A stretch of 61,789 nt of DNA, the filler included, from Globobulimina sp. (Eukaryota), in the NCBI GenBank assembly GCA_003354225.1. It is 15 parts of 15 records of this genome, joined end to end, with 100 filler letters (N's around TTAATTAATTAA, not from the genome) between each part and the next. Parts side by side here need not be neighbours in the genome. Positions count along the whole stretch, not along the records: positions 28,923 to 32,951 come from PIVH01001714.1; positions 33,052 to 37,035 come from PIVH01001715.1; positions 37,136 to 41,163 come from PIVH01001716.1; positions 41,264 to 45,291 come from PIVH01001717.1; 11 more parts are not named here. One strand, 5' to 3'. Position numbers and translations under genes: made by a program. Shown here piece by piece: positions 31,212 to 41,587 of the stretch (its first letter is position 1; the number at the start of each line of letters is the position of its first letter). The notes beneath the pieces are model-generated. The model saw only the letters and a list, made by a program, of their open reading frames with translations. It did no database searches and was not told the DNA's origin.

Positions 31212-32489
31212 ATGTCACCCTTTCTCAGTTGCATAGTGGTTTCAATTTTTGTGACTACGAATGGTTTTGAATTACCAAATGATTCACATGCAATATTTAG
31301 AGATTCAAAAGGTGTTTTTGTTTTAACCAACAATGACGAAATATTAAGTCAAATGAATAATGGTTTAACGCCTGATAGAATTGCGCCAAACATTGAGATG
31401 CAGCAATTTGGAGCACAACGAACATTATTATCTGTTTCTGAAAACGAAGCATTATTGGATATGCACAATCAATATAGAAGTACAACAGTTAATATCTAAC
31501 AAATATCATGTATCCATTGTTCAATTGTGTCAACATATGAATTATTTCATTTGTCAACAACATAGGCATTGGGAGGCACACCGGGTCAGCCAGCTGGCAC
31601 AAATATAAATGAATTATTCTGGGATCCATACTTAGCAAATGTTGCACAGGAATATAGTGCACAATGTAAATGGGAACATAATCCAAACAGAGCGGAGGCA
31701 TTAAATCAATATGAAGGTTCCACACAATACTTATTTGATTCCATATCAGTCTCAGTCGGAGAAAATCTTTATTATACTTCAGTCAATGCATCCGTGGCCA
31801 CATTAGTGTACGGAATAAAACTATATTATGATGAATATATATATTATACATTCAACAATGATACAGATGGCTGTTGCCAAGAGAATGAAGCATGTGGTCA
31901 TTACACACAAGTTGTAGCTGCCAACAGTCGCTATGTTGGTTGTGGCTATACAGTCTGTCCAAGTTTGCAAGGTGGGTCAGGAAGCAATCTCGTATTCTCT
32001 GTTTGTAATTATTTCCCTGCCGGTAATATTGGCGGGAACTCGCCTTATTTTGCTGGCTGTGCCTGCTCAAATTGCGCATCGGATCGTATTTGTAATGAGG
32101 ATGGTTTATGCGGTGGATGTGCTTCGTTGTCGTATGCATATTGTTCAGATTATTATAGTAATTGTGAGGACTTAGTCAGTTCGTGTCCTGCGGAAGGCTG
32201 TGATTTGGATAGTACGGAGAATTTGTGTATGCGGTGTAGAACATCATGTGGTTCATGCACTGCTGACATGTTATCGCCAGTGTCGGCTTGTAATGATGGA
32301 GTATCATCTGATTTAAGTGGAACATTTGGTGGAAATGATATTGTTGTTCCTACGGATGAATCTGCATTTTCTGGGTCTCCATTTTGTGATGGCGATGCTA
32401 TTATTACTGTGTGTGCGGCGTGTACACAATCTTTGTTTTTTAACACCGTCAGTGCGTTAATGAGCGTCTTTCTTGTCATTAGTCAATAA
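31212..32489 (+). CDS. Secreted CAP/SCP/PR-1 protein with Cys-rich tail and probable GPI signal; intron 31488-31565
   Basis: Signal peptide, LLDMHNQYR, GENLY, CGHYTQVV, VGCG, VCNYFPAGN; hydrophobic C-terminus. Confidence 0.88.
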
Positions 32490-32769
32490 TTAAATTTCAA
32501 GTTTTTTGTTGTATCAAGTGAACGCGCTTCAAATATGTCCGTTGAATATTAATTTGGTTTTGCAGGTTGCCATTAAGTTAGTTTTGACTCAAAAGTGCCA
32601 TTTATGAAATGTATGAAACAGTTCATTCCTCATCAGGATCAAATGAAAGCATTGATGAGTTTGTTTGTTTTTGGATATTTTCTGCTTCATTAATATCATT
32701 CGTATTGACGTTAGTTTTGAATTTCAATTTCTTTCTATTTTTTTTCAGTTGTTTTTCACTCATTTCCTG

Positions 32770-32951
32770 TTAGATTTTCCTTTTCTTTTTTGGTGGATCC
32801 ATATTATTATTATTATTGTCGTTGTCGTCATCATTTAACAATTTTCTTTTTGCTGGCAATGAATTTATTGAATCAGTATCTTTTTTATTGTTTGTGTTCT
32901 TTGTGAATTTAAATTTCCGTTTCCGTTTTTTTTCCATTCCAATGACATTTT
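32770..32951 (-). CDS. 3' fragment of a basic protein ending in a classical NLS
   Basis: Open frame ending ...NNNNMDPPKKKRKI*. Confidence 0.4.
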
Positions 32952-33051
32952 NNNNNNNNNNNNNNNNNNNNNNNNNNNNNNNNNNNNNNNNNNNNTTAAT
33001 TAATTAANNNNNNNNNNNNNNNNNNNNNNNNNNNNNNNNNNNNNNNNNNNN

Positions 33052-33476
33052 ATATCCATATCTTGTTTCAATTCCATTGATTCATTATGATTAGCATCGA
33101 TAACAGAATTTGGTATCTTCTTTTTTTTATTTTTTTTACTTTTTGTTGCAGTCTGATTCATTGTATGATTTGTATCATTATGACTCATTCGATGTGTTTT
33201 TAATTGTTGAATATTTCTAAATTGTTTTTGACATTTGTTACATTTAAATTGTCTGTCTGCGTCATGGGTCCTTTGATGTCCTGTCAATGTTGATTTTCTT
33301 ATAAATGATCTATGGCATACATCACAGGAATACGATCCTTTTCTTCTTCTGTTTGTACTCTGTGATGGTGCTTCAGAGATATCCATTATATAATCACCGG
33401 AATGCGATCCTTTTCTTCTTCTATTTGTACTCTGTGATGGTGCTGGTGCTGGTCCTGGATATTCAGAGATATCCAT
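33052..33476 (-). CDS. C2H2 zinc-finger protein, 3'-truncated, start uncertain
   Basis: CDVCHRSF...LTGHQRTH and CNKCQKQF...LKTHRMSH; duplicated PSQSTNRRRKGS and DYIMDISE. Confidence 0.8.
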
Positions 33477-33670
33477 TATATAATCACTATCGATATCATT
33501 ATGATGTGTTTTTGATATACGTTGAGCAGAACGTGGTGGATTGCTGCTGTTTGTTGATGCATTGCTTTTGTCACCATCTTTTTTTTCTTTTTTTTGGATT
33601 TTTGCGCCACATTTAAAGCAGTATGATGCAGTATGTCTTTAAAGTTGTTTAGAAACGAATTTGTCTTTAG

Positions 33671-34648
33671 ATGGGTTCGTGTTGCTGTGCTAATAACGAC
33701 GACAGTGTGTTATTGAAACCATTATTAAATACTAACAAATTATCAATACATATTACAACATGGAACGTCGGAGGCTGTCAACCAACAGAATGTTTATCGT
33801 TAGATTCTTTGGTGAAAACAAATACAATCATAAATCCAGATATTTATATAATAGGACTGCAAGAAATTGTAGAATTAAATACCTCCAATTTGATTAAAGG
33901 CGACAATCCAAAAATTATTCAGCTTTGGCGTGGCGGCATTGTCAAATCTTTGGGTTCAAAGTATCGCCACATTGAATGTATTCGTTTAATGGGTATATTG
34001 TTATTTATTTTTTGCAAAACAGAAATTCAAAATGAAATAACAAATATTGCAACCAATACTATTGGAGCTGGCCTGTTTGGTATAGCTGGGAACAAAGGCG
34101 CTGTCGGTATAAAATTTACTATTTACGACACTTCAATGTGTGTAATATGCTGTCATTTAGCATCCGGAAAACAAAAATGTAAAAAACGCAATGATAACGT
34201 TTCCAAAATTATGCAAAAATTGACATTTAATGATAATGGAACAGCATCAAACGGGATGCAAGTAATAGACAGTGATATTATTATTTTTTTTGGTGATATG
34301 AATTATCGATTAGAATTTGCTACTTTTGAAGAGGTTCACCAATTGATTTTAAACCATGAATGGAGCAAATTGTTGAAAAGAGATCAGTTACTCATTGAGA
34401 GGAATTGTGGGAATATATTTGATGAATTTAATGAAGGCTTAATAAATTTTAAACCGAGTTATAAATTCTTGCCAACCACGGATGATTATGACCAGGTTAA
34501 AAAGAAAAAAATACCAGCATGGTGTGACAGGATATTATATAAACATAGCAATGGAAAAACATTGACTTGTGTAAAATACGATATTATTGTTGATCAATGT
34601 ATTTCTGATCATAAACCTGTGTTTGCATTGTTTGATTTTCATTGGTGA
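33671..34648 (+). CDS. Inositol polyphosphate 5-phosphatase
   Basis: TWNVGG, IGLQEIV, GNKGAV, HLASG, FGDMNYR, PSYKF, PAWCDRIL, SDHKPV; N-terminus MGSCCC. Confidence 0.92.
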   Translation: MGSCCCANNDDSVLLKPLLNTNKLSIHITTWNVGGCQPTECLSLDSLVKTNTIINPDIYIIGLQEIVELNTSNLIKGDNPKIIQLWRGGIVKSLGSKYRHIECIRLMGILLFIFCKTEIQNEITNIATNTIGAGLFGIAGNKGAVGIKFTIYDTSMCVICCHLASGKQKCKKRNDNVSKIMQKLTFNDNGTASNGMQVIDSDIIIFFGDMNYRLEFATFEEVHQLILNHEWSKLLKRDQLLIERNCGNIFDEFNEGLINFKPSYKFLPTTDDYDQVKKKKIPAWCDRILYKHSNGKTLTCVKYDIIVDQCISDHKPVFALFDFHW

Positions 34649-34757
34649 GTAGTCATAGAACATGTACAGTATACACACTTTATTAAGGATTTAGAAATTG
34701 TTTTAAATATTAAACTTTCTTTAAATAGTCAAGAATTACAAAACAAGCAATTGTCGA

Positions 34758-35372
34758 TTAGCCAGAATAGCCCATAAAAGCTAGAATTGCGACAAAAATT
34801 ACCATCGCACTTATGACACAGCCACCAGTTATGATCATACAATGTGTGCGTTGTTCGTATGAAAATCCATCAGTTTGATAGATTGGTAAAATGCCAGTTG
34901 GATAACAATGATCATCCGATGCCATTGCACCTACAATTTGCTTTAATGCCATTTCTTTTTCTGTAGAAGTATATAAATGCTGCGAATGTTGCAAAGCAAA
35001 GGCATTTATGTCTTGATATGTATTGGATCGTGCTGTGTCAGGTGGTGATTTAAAGCATATTGTATTGTGTTCACTATTTATTATCGTGTTTGGTGATTTC
35101 AAATCAATGGAGTAATAATGTTGTATTTTAGGGTCGGAATTATTTACATTATTCATATCTTCTTTGTCATGTGTTTCATTAGAAGGAGATCTTAAATTTG
35201 GTGGTAGATATTTGTCTGTATTTGACCTTTTTAGTTGATGTTTCAGCAATTTTTGTTTCTTTTTTTTATCATAAAAATGATTGTATCTTGATTGGGTTTC
35301 TGAGGGGGAATAAAGCGCCGATACTGGGTGCTCTATGCTGCCATTTGACTCATTTCCCGAATAGTTTATCAT
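34758..35372 (-). CDS. Hypothetical tail-anchored protein
   Basis: 204-aa ORF with a disordered body and a single C-terminal TM helix. Confidence 0.55.
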   Translation of the reverse strand: MINYSGNESNGSIEHPVSALYSPSETQSRYNHFYDKKKKQKLLKHQLKRSNTDKYLPPNLRSPSNETHDKEDMNNVNNSDPKIQHYYSIDLKSPNTIINSEHNTICFKSPPDTARSNTYQDINAFALQHSQHLYTSTEKEMALKQIVGAMASDDHCYPTGILPIYQTDGFSYEQRTHCMIITGGCVISAMVIFVAILAFMGYSG

Positions 35373-35802
35373 ATTTTATTTGGCTTTGATTTTATTTACA
35401 AAAGTTTTTGACTGGCAATTGTTTAAAAATACTTTAAAAGTTATTTGATAAGCATAGAAAAGTGGTAAAGCCACAAGTCTACCGCGGCAGAAAGGACACA
35501 AAAATAAGGACACCGGCAGAATACAGTGAAGGAAACCACATAATAAACAAAGAAAAGGTGCTGCACAAAAAGGAATTGGCGCAGTTGCTTGCTGAAAATA
35601 ATTGCCAAGTACTCAAAACACTCAAAACACTCCAATATTGGTTGTACGTTACACATAACAAAACTAGTTCTGTTATTTTCGTATACAAAAAAAAATTCAA
35701 CTTTCAGGCTCTGTTATTTTTCTGACCATAAGCATGCAAAATGATGTCTAAAAAAATTAAATATAATTCAAATATACATAAAACAATTATCATTTGAATA
35801 GG

Positions 35803-36849
35803 TTAATAGTATTCACCTACAATTTCAATTTTAACTGAAATTGTAAATTTTTCACATTTTAGGTCTTTAATAAATGTCAGTAAATCGTCAAATTCTTCTT
35901 CTTTACAAATTCCAATTCGTAGTTCGCTGTCATTTAGATGTTTCTCAATTAATTTTTCGTTGCTGCCACGAATTTTAATTTTAATTCCAAGTTTTATGTC
36001 AGCAATAAAATAATTAATATCGTGAGGAATTCGGTAAATTTCTAGACCCAAAACAAGTGCAATGGAGTCATCGTCCATTGTATGCTTTGGTACACAGTAA
36101 AGGCCCATACATCCACTGCCAAAATCTGGCGAAAAAAAATATTGATTTTGTCGATAAGCTTTAAATTTAGATAATAGAGCGTCGCTTATTTCCCACTCGT
36201 ATTTAACACTTGCATTTATTGGGAATGAGTCAACGAAATATTTATTTTGATCAAAATGCCTGGAAATACCACCCGACGTATACTCAAAATTGCAAATTTG
36301 ATTTATAATTTCGATATAAACGGAGAATTTCAGTGATTTCATTTTTGTACATTCCGATAAAAGCAAAATCTTTTTTGATTCGTAGCGATTACCAATACCA
36401 TCGATAATATTCGAGACAGCAACGTCTTTCCATTCAAACACAGTGTTTAGGAATTTTATATTGACATAAAATCTGACTTGTGACACTTTTTTGGAAGCAT
36501 CGAGAATCGGAATAAACTGAAATATCACACCAGGTTCACTAAGATCACTGCTATGTTTACGGTTATAATTTGGGTAAATTGTGCACCTTATTTTGGTGTA
36601 ATGCGGCAAGTCGATAATGTACGAATTATTCATTGGCGCATCTTCTGGCTTTGATAGAAATTCATCTAATAATTCACCATCAATTTCTATTATATATGGT
36701 GAATACTTCCATATATTATACTTCGTTGAATCCCCCGTGTATGAATCTATTAATATCTCTATTTTTTCTGGCACGTTCTTCATGTGCTTCAAATGAAGGT
36801 ATCTGCATAGAAACAGCTCTTTCCGAGGTTTGCATAAGTAACCATTCAT
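35803..36849 (-). CDS. Hypothetical protein with N-terminal box motif and two beta-rich (MATH-like) repeats
   Basis: 348-aa ORF; repeated pattern IEIDGELLDEF / WEISDALLSKF and FSVYIEII / ISVKIEIV. Confidence 0.55.
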   Translation of the reverse strand: MNGYLCKPRKELFLCRYLHLKHMKNVPEKIEILIDSYTGDSTKYNIWKYSPYIIEIDGELLDEFLSKPEDAPMNNSYIIDLPHYTKIRCTIYPNYNRKHSSDLSEPGVIFQFIPILDASKKVSQVRFYVNIKFLNTVFEWKDVAVSNIIDGIGNRYESKKILLLSECTKMKSLKFSVYIEIINQICNFEYTSGGISRHFDQNKYFVDSFPINASVKYEWEISDALLSKFKAYRQNQYFFSPDFGSGCMGLYCVPKHTMDDDSIALVLGLEIYRIPHDINYFIADIKLGIKIKIRGSNEKLIEKHLNDSELRIGICKEEEFDDLLTFIKDLKCEKFTISVKIEIVGEYY

Positions 36850-37135
36850 TTTTTTTCATGTTTTGTGAAATAAAACCCTAGGTTTTCTAGCGTTGAGTTA
36901 AGGAAATAAATCAAGTGAATTAATATATTGCTATTATGATGAAAATATATTCATCGCTTATGAGAATATCTTCACGTAACAAGTGATTGGAATCATGGCA
37001 GACAATGAGCAACACAGCAACGCGCCATCTGAACTNNNNNNNNNNNNNNNNNNNNNNNNNNNNNNNNNNNNNNNNNNNNTTAATTAATTAANNNNNNNNN
37101 NNNNNNNNNNNNNNNNNNNNNNNNNNNNNNNNNNN

Positions 37136-38185
37136 AATTGAATAATAATTACATAATGTTTCAGGGAAATTATAAATTGATATCGCAGCACTGCCACTAT
37201 CCGTATTTATTTGATTCATATTAAATACATATTCAATCACCAACTCTCCATTATTATTTATCCATTGTTTATCTGTATTGATAATTATCCTGTCTTTGTA
37301 GGCAGCTTCCCAGCCATTAAAATTCCATACTAATTCTTCACCACTTATACTCTCCCAATTTCCATCATAACTTAATTCATTTGGTATACTACATACGACA
37401 TTCTTTTTTGCCAAACATTCATGTTTTTGCCATAAATAATCCTCATTTTTGCTCAAAACTGCACAATTTGCGTTAATATTATTAGTATTATTACTCCATG
37501 GATACGCATTTAAATCAGTAGCATAGTCCCATTTTGTACCATCACTCCAAAGATTTTGTTCCGTATTTAAACCAACCCAACAGTCACCATCACCATCTGT
37601 TCCATATAAACATAACAGTTTTGATTGATCATAATCGTTTTTGTTATGTATGCTAATTAAATTTGTATCCATTTGAGTCTGACACAAATTATCGGAATCT
37701 TCAAACGTTTCTGTTTGATTGTCCATTAATAAATATTTAATTAATTTTCCATCACAATGATTACAAAGAAAAAAAGCTGATTCATCACATTCTGAACCAA
37801 TTTTAATTTCCCACTCAAAATCATTGTCAATATTCATGAAGACACACGAACGATCATTGGGTATGAAATCTCCGATTGATAATTTTTTTGTTGATGTAAA
37901 ATCTGTCCATTTCCAGATATTATCTCTCATTGCAAAATATAATCCGATCCATACTTTTCTTATATTCATTGCGTTTACAAATGGCGTACTTTCAATCACA
38001 TACTTTGCAAATAATTCATCTCTATTATTATGGATGGAAACTAAGGAACTACCACATATATTTCTGCAATAATTATTCGCTGATCGCCATGTTAATACAT
38101 TCGGTGAGAAAAAGTATGTTGGTTGATTGGATAAATCATTTTCTGCAGTGATTGCATGTAGAAACAAAGATGCTATTAAAAGCAT
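37136..38185 (-). CDS. Secreted C-type lectin domain protein (two CTLDs), 3'-truncated
   Basis: Signal peptide; LTWRSANNYC...LVSIHN...VWIGL...WKWTD; second LISIHN...CWVGL...WSDG. Confidence 0.88.
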
Positions 38186-38242
38186 ACTGGAAAAGTTTTT
38201 TTTTTGACTGACAAAAGTTGAAGTTTTTAAGTTAAAAGAATA

Positions 38243-38602
38243 ATGTCAAAGAAAAGTGAATCAAAATCAAAAACAAAATTCAATCAATTCTCAACGATCG
38301 TCATTAATAATGTTATAAAAGAATGCTTGAAGAAATCTAAAAATAAAAACATAAAGATTGATGGTAGCATGAAGTTTGTTATCGGTCGTGTTGCATCAGA
38401 ATTTGCCATCCATGTTGCTCAATTGTATGTTGATTGGAAAAATACAGTTCAGCCAATAACTGGAAATTTTATTTTGACTTTGTTTGTAATATACAGTTCA
38501 GCAAATAATTGCGAAGATGATGGAAGGATAAAGATAACAGGAAATGATGTGATTGAGGTTTTGAAAGATTTGGAATTGGATAATTGGATCGAATCTATTT
38601 AA
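38243..38602 (+). CDS. Histone-fold protein (POLE3/CHRAC17/NF-YB-like); intron 38425-38496
   Basis: INNVIKECL...RVASEFAIHVA...SANNCEDDGRIKITGNDVIEVLKDLE. Confidence 0.75.
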   Translation: MSKKSESKSKTKFNQFSTIVINNVIKECLKKSKNKNIKIDGSMKFVIGRVASEFAIHVAQLYVDWKNTVQPITGNFILTLFVIYSSANNCEDDGRIKITGNDVIEVLKDLELDNWIESI

Positions 38603-38766
38603 ATATCTGAAAACAAACATGATACGATTATTTTAAGAACTTCAATGTACGATTATTTAAACTGTCGGATTGGTTGTCACCTTAAATTACAAATATTAAT
38701 TATACTTTATACTGACTGCGTGTTATTTGTTGTTTTCATAGCACTACAAAAACATGCAAATTATCT

Positions 38767-39423
38767 TCAGATGCATTTACTTGATACAATTTGAATTGTC
38801 TGAATTGAACTGTCATCTGTCCATCCGGATGAAATGATGGGCGTCATTGATAAATCCGATGTGTGATTAAGAACAAACGGCAATCCATTTGTTGTAGCAT
38901 TCCATATTTTAATTATTTTGTTCTTTCCATCAATTTCTATCATTAATTCATCGCCTTCACCCCAAAAATCTGAATATTGTTTTAAATATTCACATCCATT
39001 GCCTTTCCATAATGGTGCTGTGAATTCTGGTGTGGATAAATAAAAGCCATCACTCCTTATTATGGAAGATCCATTGTCTGCAGAGTTCCAATCATTATAT
39101 GTTCCCGATTTCGCCCATTCAAAACATGCAACTCCGATTAATAATTCACAGATACCCATTTTTAAAATCTTAAAACATATTTTGTGATATCCCGCCGGTT
39201 TGAAATATTCATCCAATGTGACTGAGATTTCCCCTTTCAAGGTAGCGATTTGCTTATCGACTGATACAAAAAAATTGTCGTTGCCAGATTTAAATCGATA
39301 TCTTGGTTCGCAATAATTCTCAATCATTGACACAATACCGCCGGGAATGTTATTTGATAGTTTTAACTTTTTTTCATGTTCTCTCATGAATCCAAACGTG
39401 AGTTTACTCCAAAAAGCAGACAT
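38767..39423 (-). CDS. Protein with N-terminal box motif and SPRY/B30.2-like domain
   Basis: GYHKICFKI...LLIGVA...WGEGDELMIEID...IKIW; start placed at MSAFWSK. Confidence 0.55.
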   Translation of the reverse strand: MSAFWSKLTFGFMREHEKKLKLSNNIPGGIVSMIENYCEPRYRFKSGNDNFFVSVDKQIATLKGEISVTLDEYFKPAGYHKICFKILKMGICELLIGVACFEWAKSGTYNDWNSADNGSSIIRSDGFYLSTPEFTAPLWKGNGCEYLKQYSDFWGEGDELMIEIDGKNKIIKIWNATTNGLPFVLNHTSDLSMTPIISSGWTDDSSIQTIQIVSSKCI

Positions 39424-39514
39424 GATTAAACTTCGAGCAGTCTTGAAATAAAACAGTATAAAACAGACTAAACAGTGTACATTTTTGTGCATTAAAACAG
39501 TGTACAATTGAAGA

Positions 39515-41163
39515 ATGGCACATCAATTTAATTTCGAACAAATTGTAGGATTATGTTTAATTGTAATGGTGTGGTGCATAATCGCACCACTTGCAATTTA
39601 TTGGACATATTGTATCGGTAAAAAAATAGATTTAATAATTATGAGGAAAAGACATATTGGATTGACATTAGCGTTATGTTTGTTGAGCATATTTTGGTTG
39701 GCAGCAATTTTCCCATTATTCGTATTCCGAAATGCATTGAGTTTATATTTATCGACATTAGCACAACATTATATTGACACTTGCCTGAATATAATACTGC
39801 CAATGTTTTCTCTGTACACTGCTTGTATATTATTAGTAAGATTCTGGTTGATGTATTTTCATTTTAATTGGACGAAAATTAGCTTAAAGAGTGTTTGGAT
39901 TCATATCCGACAGCCATCGTCAAGGGATAAAAGAGCCAACACAGTGCGCTACAAACTGGCTAACACCATCTTACAGTCATGGTTTGTCAAAAATAAACAA
40001 AGATTTGGTAATCTCCAATGGCTAATAACCGTATTAATGTTTGTTTTAATAATCATTTCAATCATTATATCGGTTTCTGTTGGTTTAGGTTTAAATGCTA
40101 GAATTTCAAACGCTATTTATTTTTTGCTATGGATATTACCATCCATCGCATCCATTATATTATTTATAAAAACACCAAAGTGTAATGATCAATTATTTTA
40201 TAGTTAAGTATTTAAACAGAGTGTTGCTTTAAATATCTTTTTTTTATTATATCGGAGGGGTTAACAACAGGTTTGAATATATTCCACAGACCGGTAATGC
40301 ACTAATACAGATCGGTATATTGCCAATTACCGGCATGTTCAAACCTGTTTTTACATTTCAGAATCAGTTTAATGTTAATATACATATATACATAATACAG
40401 ATCAACATATACATAATACATATACATATACAGGAACCGAAATGAAGCTGATAACATTCAGTTTATTGGTTCAAATACTCTGCAGAACTATTCTTTTAAT
40501 TTATTATTCTTATATTTTATATATGTTATATTCATTGATTACAATATGTTTTCTAATATTCATTCAAACATATTGGTTATTGAGACAATATAATGTTCGT
40601 CTTTATTACAATGCAGATCTAAATGTACAAATACAATTATTAGATAATGCTTTAAATATTGAAAACGTTTTAAATGAATTTATATACCATTTATCACGCG
40701 AATTGTCGTTAGAATGTTTGCTGGCATTGATTGAAATAAATCAATTTAAACATTTATTAGAAAGATATGCGAGCCAAATGCTATCAGTATCATTAAACTC
40801 TATTCCTGTGCATAATTCTATCACTCGATCATCAATCGTTCATAATAAAAAATATGCAATGATGCAAAAACCAGATCGATTCCGAAAAATTGTAAAAAAG
40901 TTGACTCAAAAATATATTGATAGAAATTCTCCATTTGAATTACCAATAAATACCGAAATAAAACAAGAAATTGCAGCATGGGTCTCAGTAAACTGTCGAA
41001 GTATTCATCACCAGTGTAATATGGATTTGTATGATGATTTATATCAATTATTTGATAAATGTTTTGACGAAATCTATAACTTATTATCTCGATCATGTTA
41101 TAGATTTTATAAAATTGAACAAGTGAAGTGCTCAAACTGTGCCATTGCAATGAAGCAAGCCGG
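39515..41163 (+). CDS. Second 7TM-RGS protein; intron 40203-40433; 3' end at spacer
   Basis: TM helices with MRKRH and LVRFWL as in 1156-2715; RGS motifs FIYHLSRELSLECLL, KYIDRNSPFELPI, LFDKCFDEIYNLL. Confidence 0.8.
40266..40349. mobile_element. Intronic hairpin / MITE-like insert
   Basis: AACAGGTTTGAATAT...ATGTTCAAACCTGTT arms (1 mismatch) plus inner CCGGTAAT/ATTACCGG stem. Confidence 0.6.
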
Positions 41164-41587
41164 NNNNNNNNNNNNNNNNNNNNNNNNNNNNNNNNNNNNN
41201 NNNNNNNTTAATTAATTAANNNNNNNNNNNNNNNNNNNNNNNNNNNNNNNNNNNNNNNNNNNNTTTATTATTTTGTTTACTTAACAAATACATTGCAATC
41301 CCCTCCGCCAGTCACAAAGCGTTTGTAGTATGTTGGATGCGGTGATATGACACATGCTGTTGGGATAGCCATCGATAACCCGCTATCTTTGGCATGTGTG
41401 CAAACATTGAATATTTGAATGGAGGTCATCGAATCTTGCAAACAAAGACGGAATTGAGAGGAAAGATTTAAGTGTGTGGTTTTTCTTTGAAACTAACTTA
41501 CTAGAAAACACAATTTTGTTCCCGACAATGGCTTCCTTCCCACAATTAATTGCTGTGTTGGATTAAAGTCATTAAACCCAAACCACT

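Noticed and set aside
35441-35725. Three overlapping short ORFs
   Set aside because: No recognisable domain and they conflict with each other.
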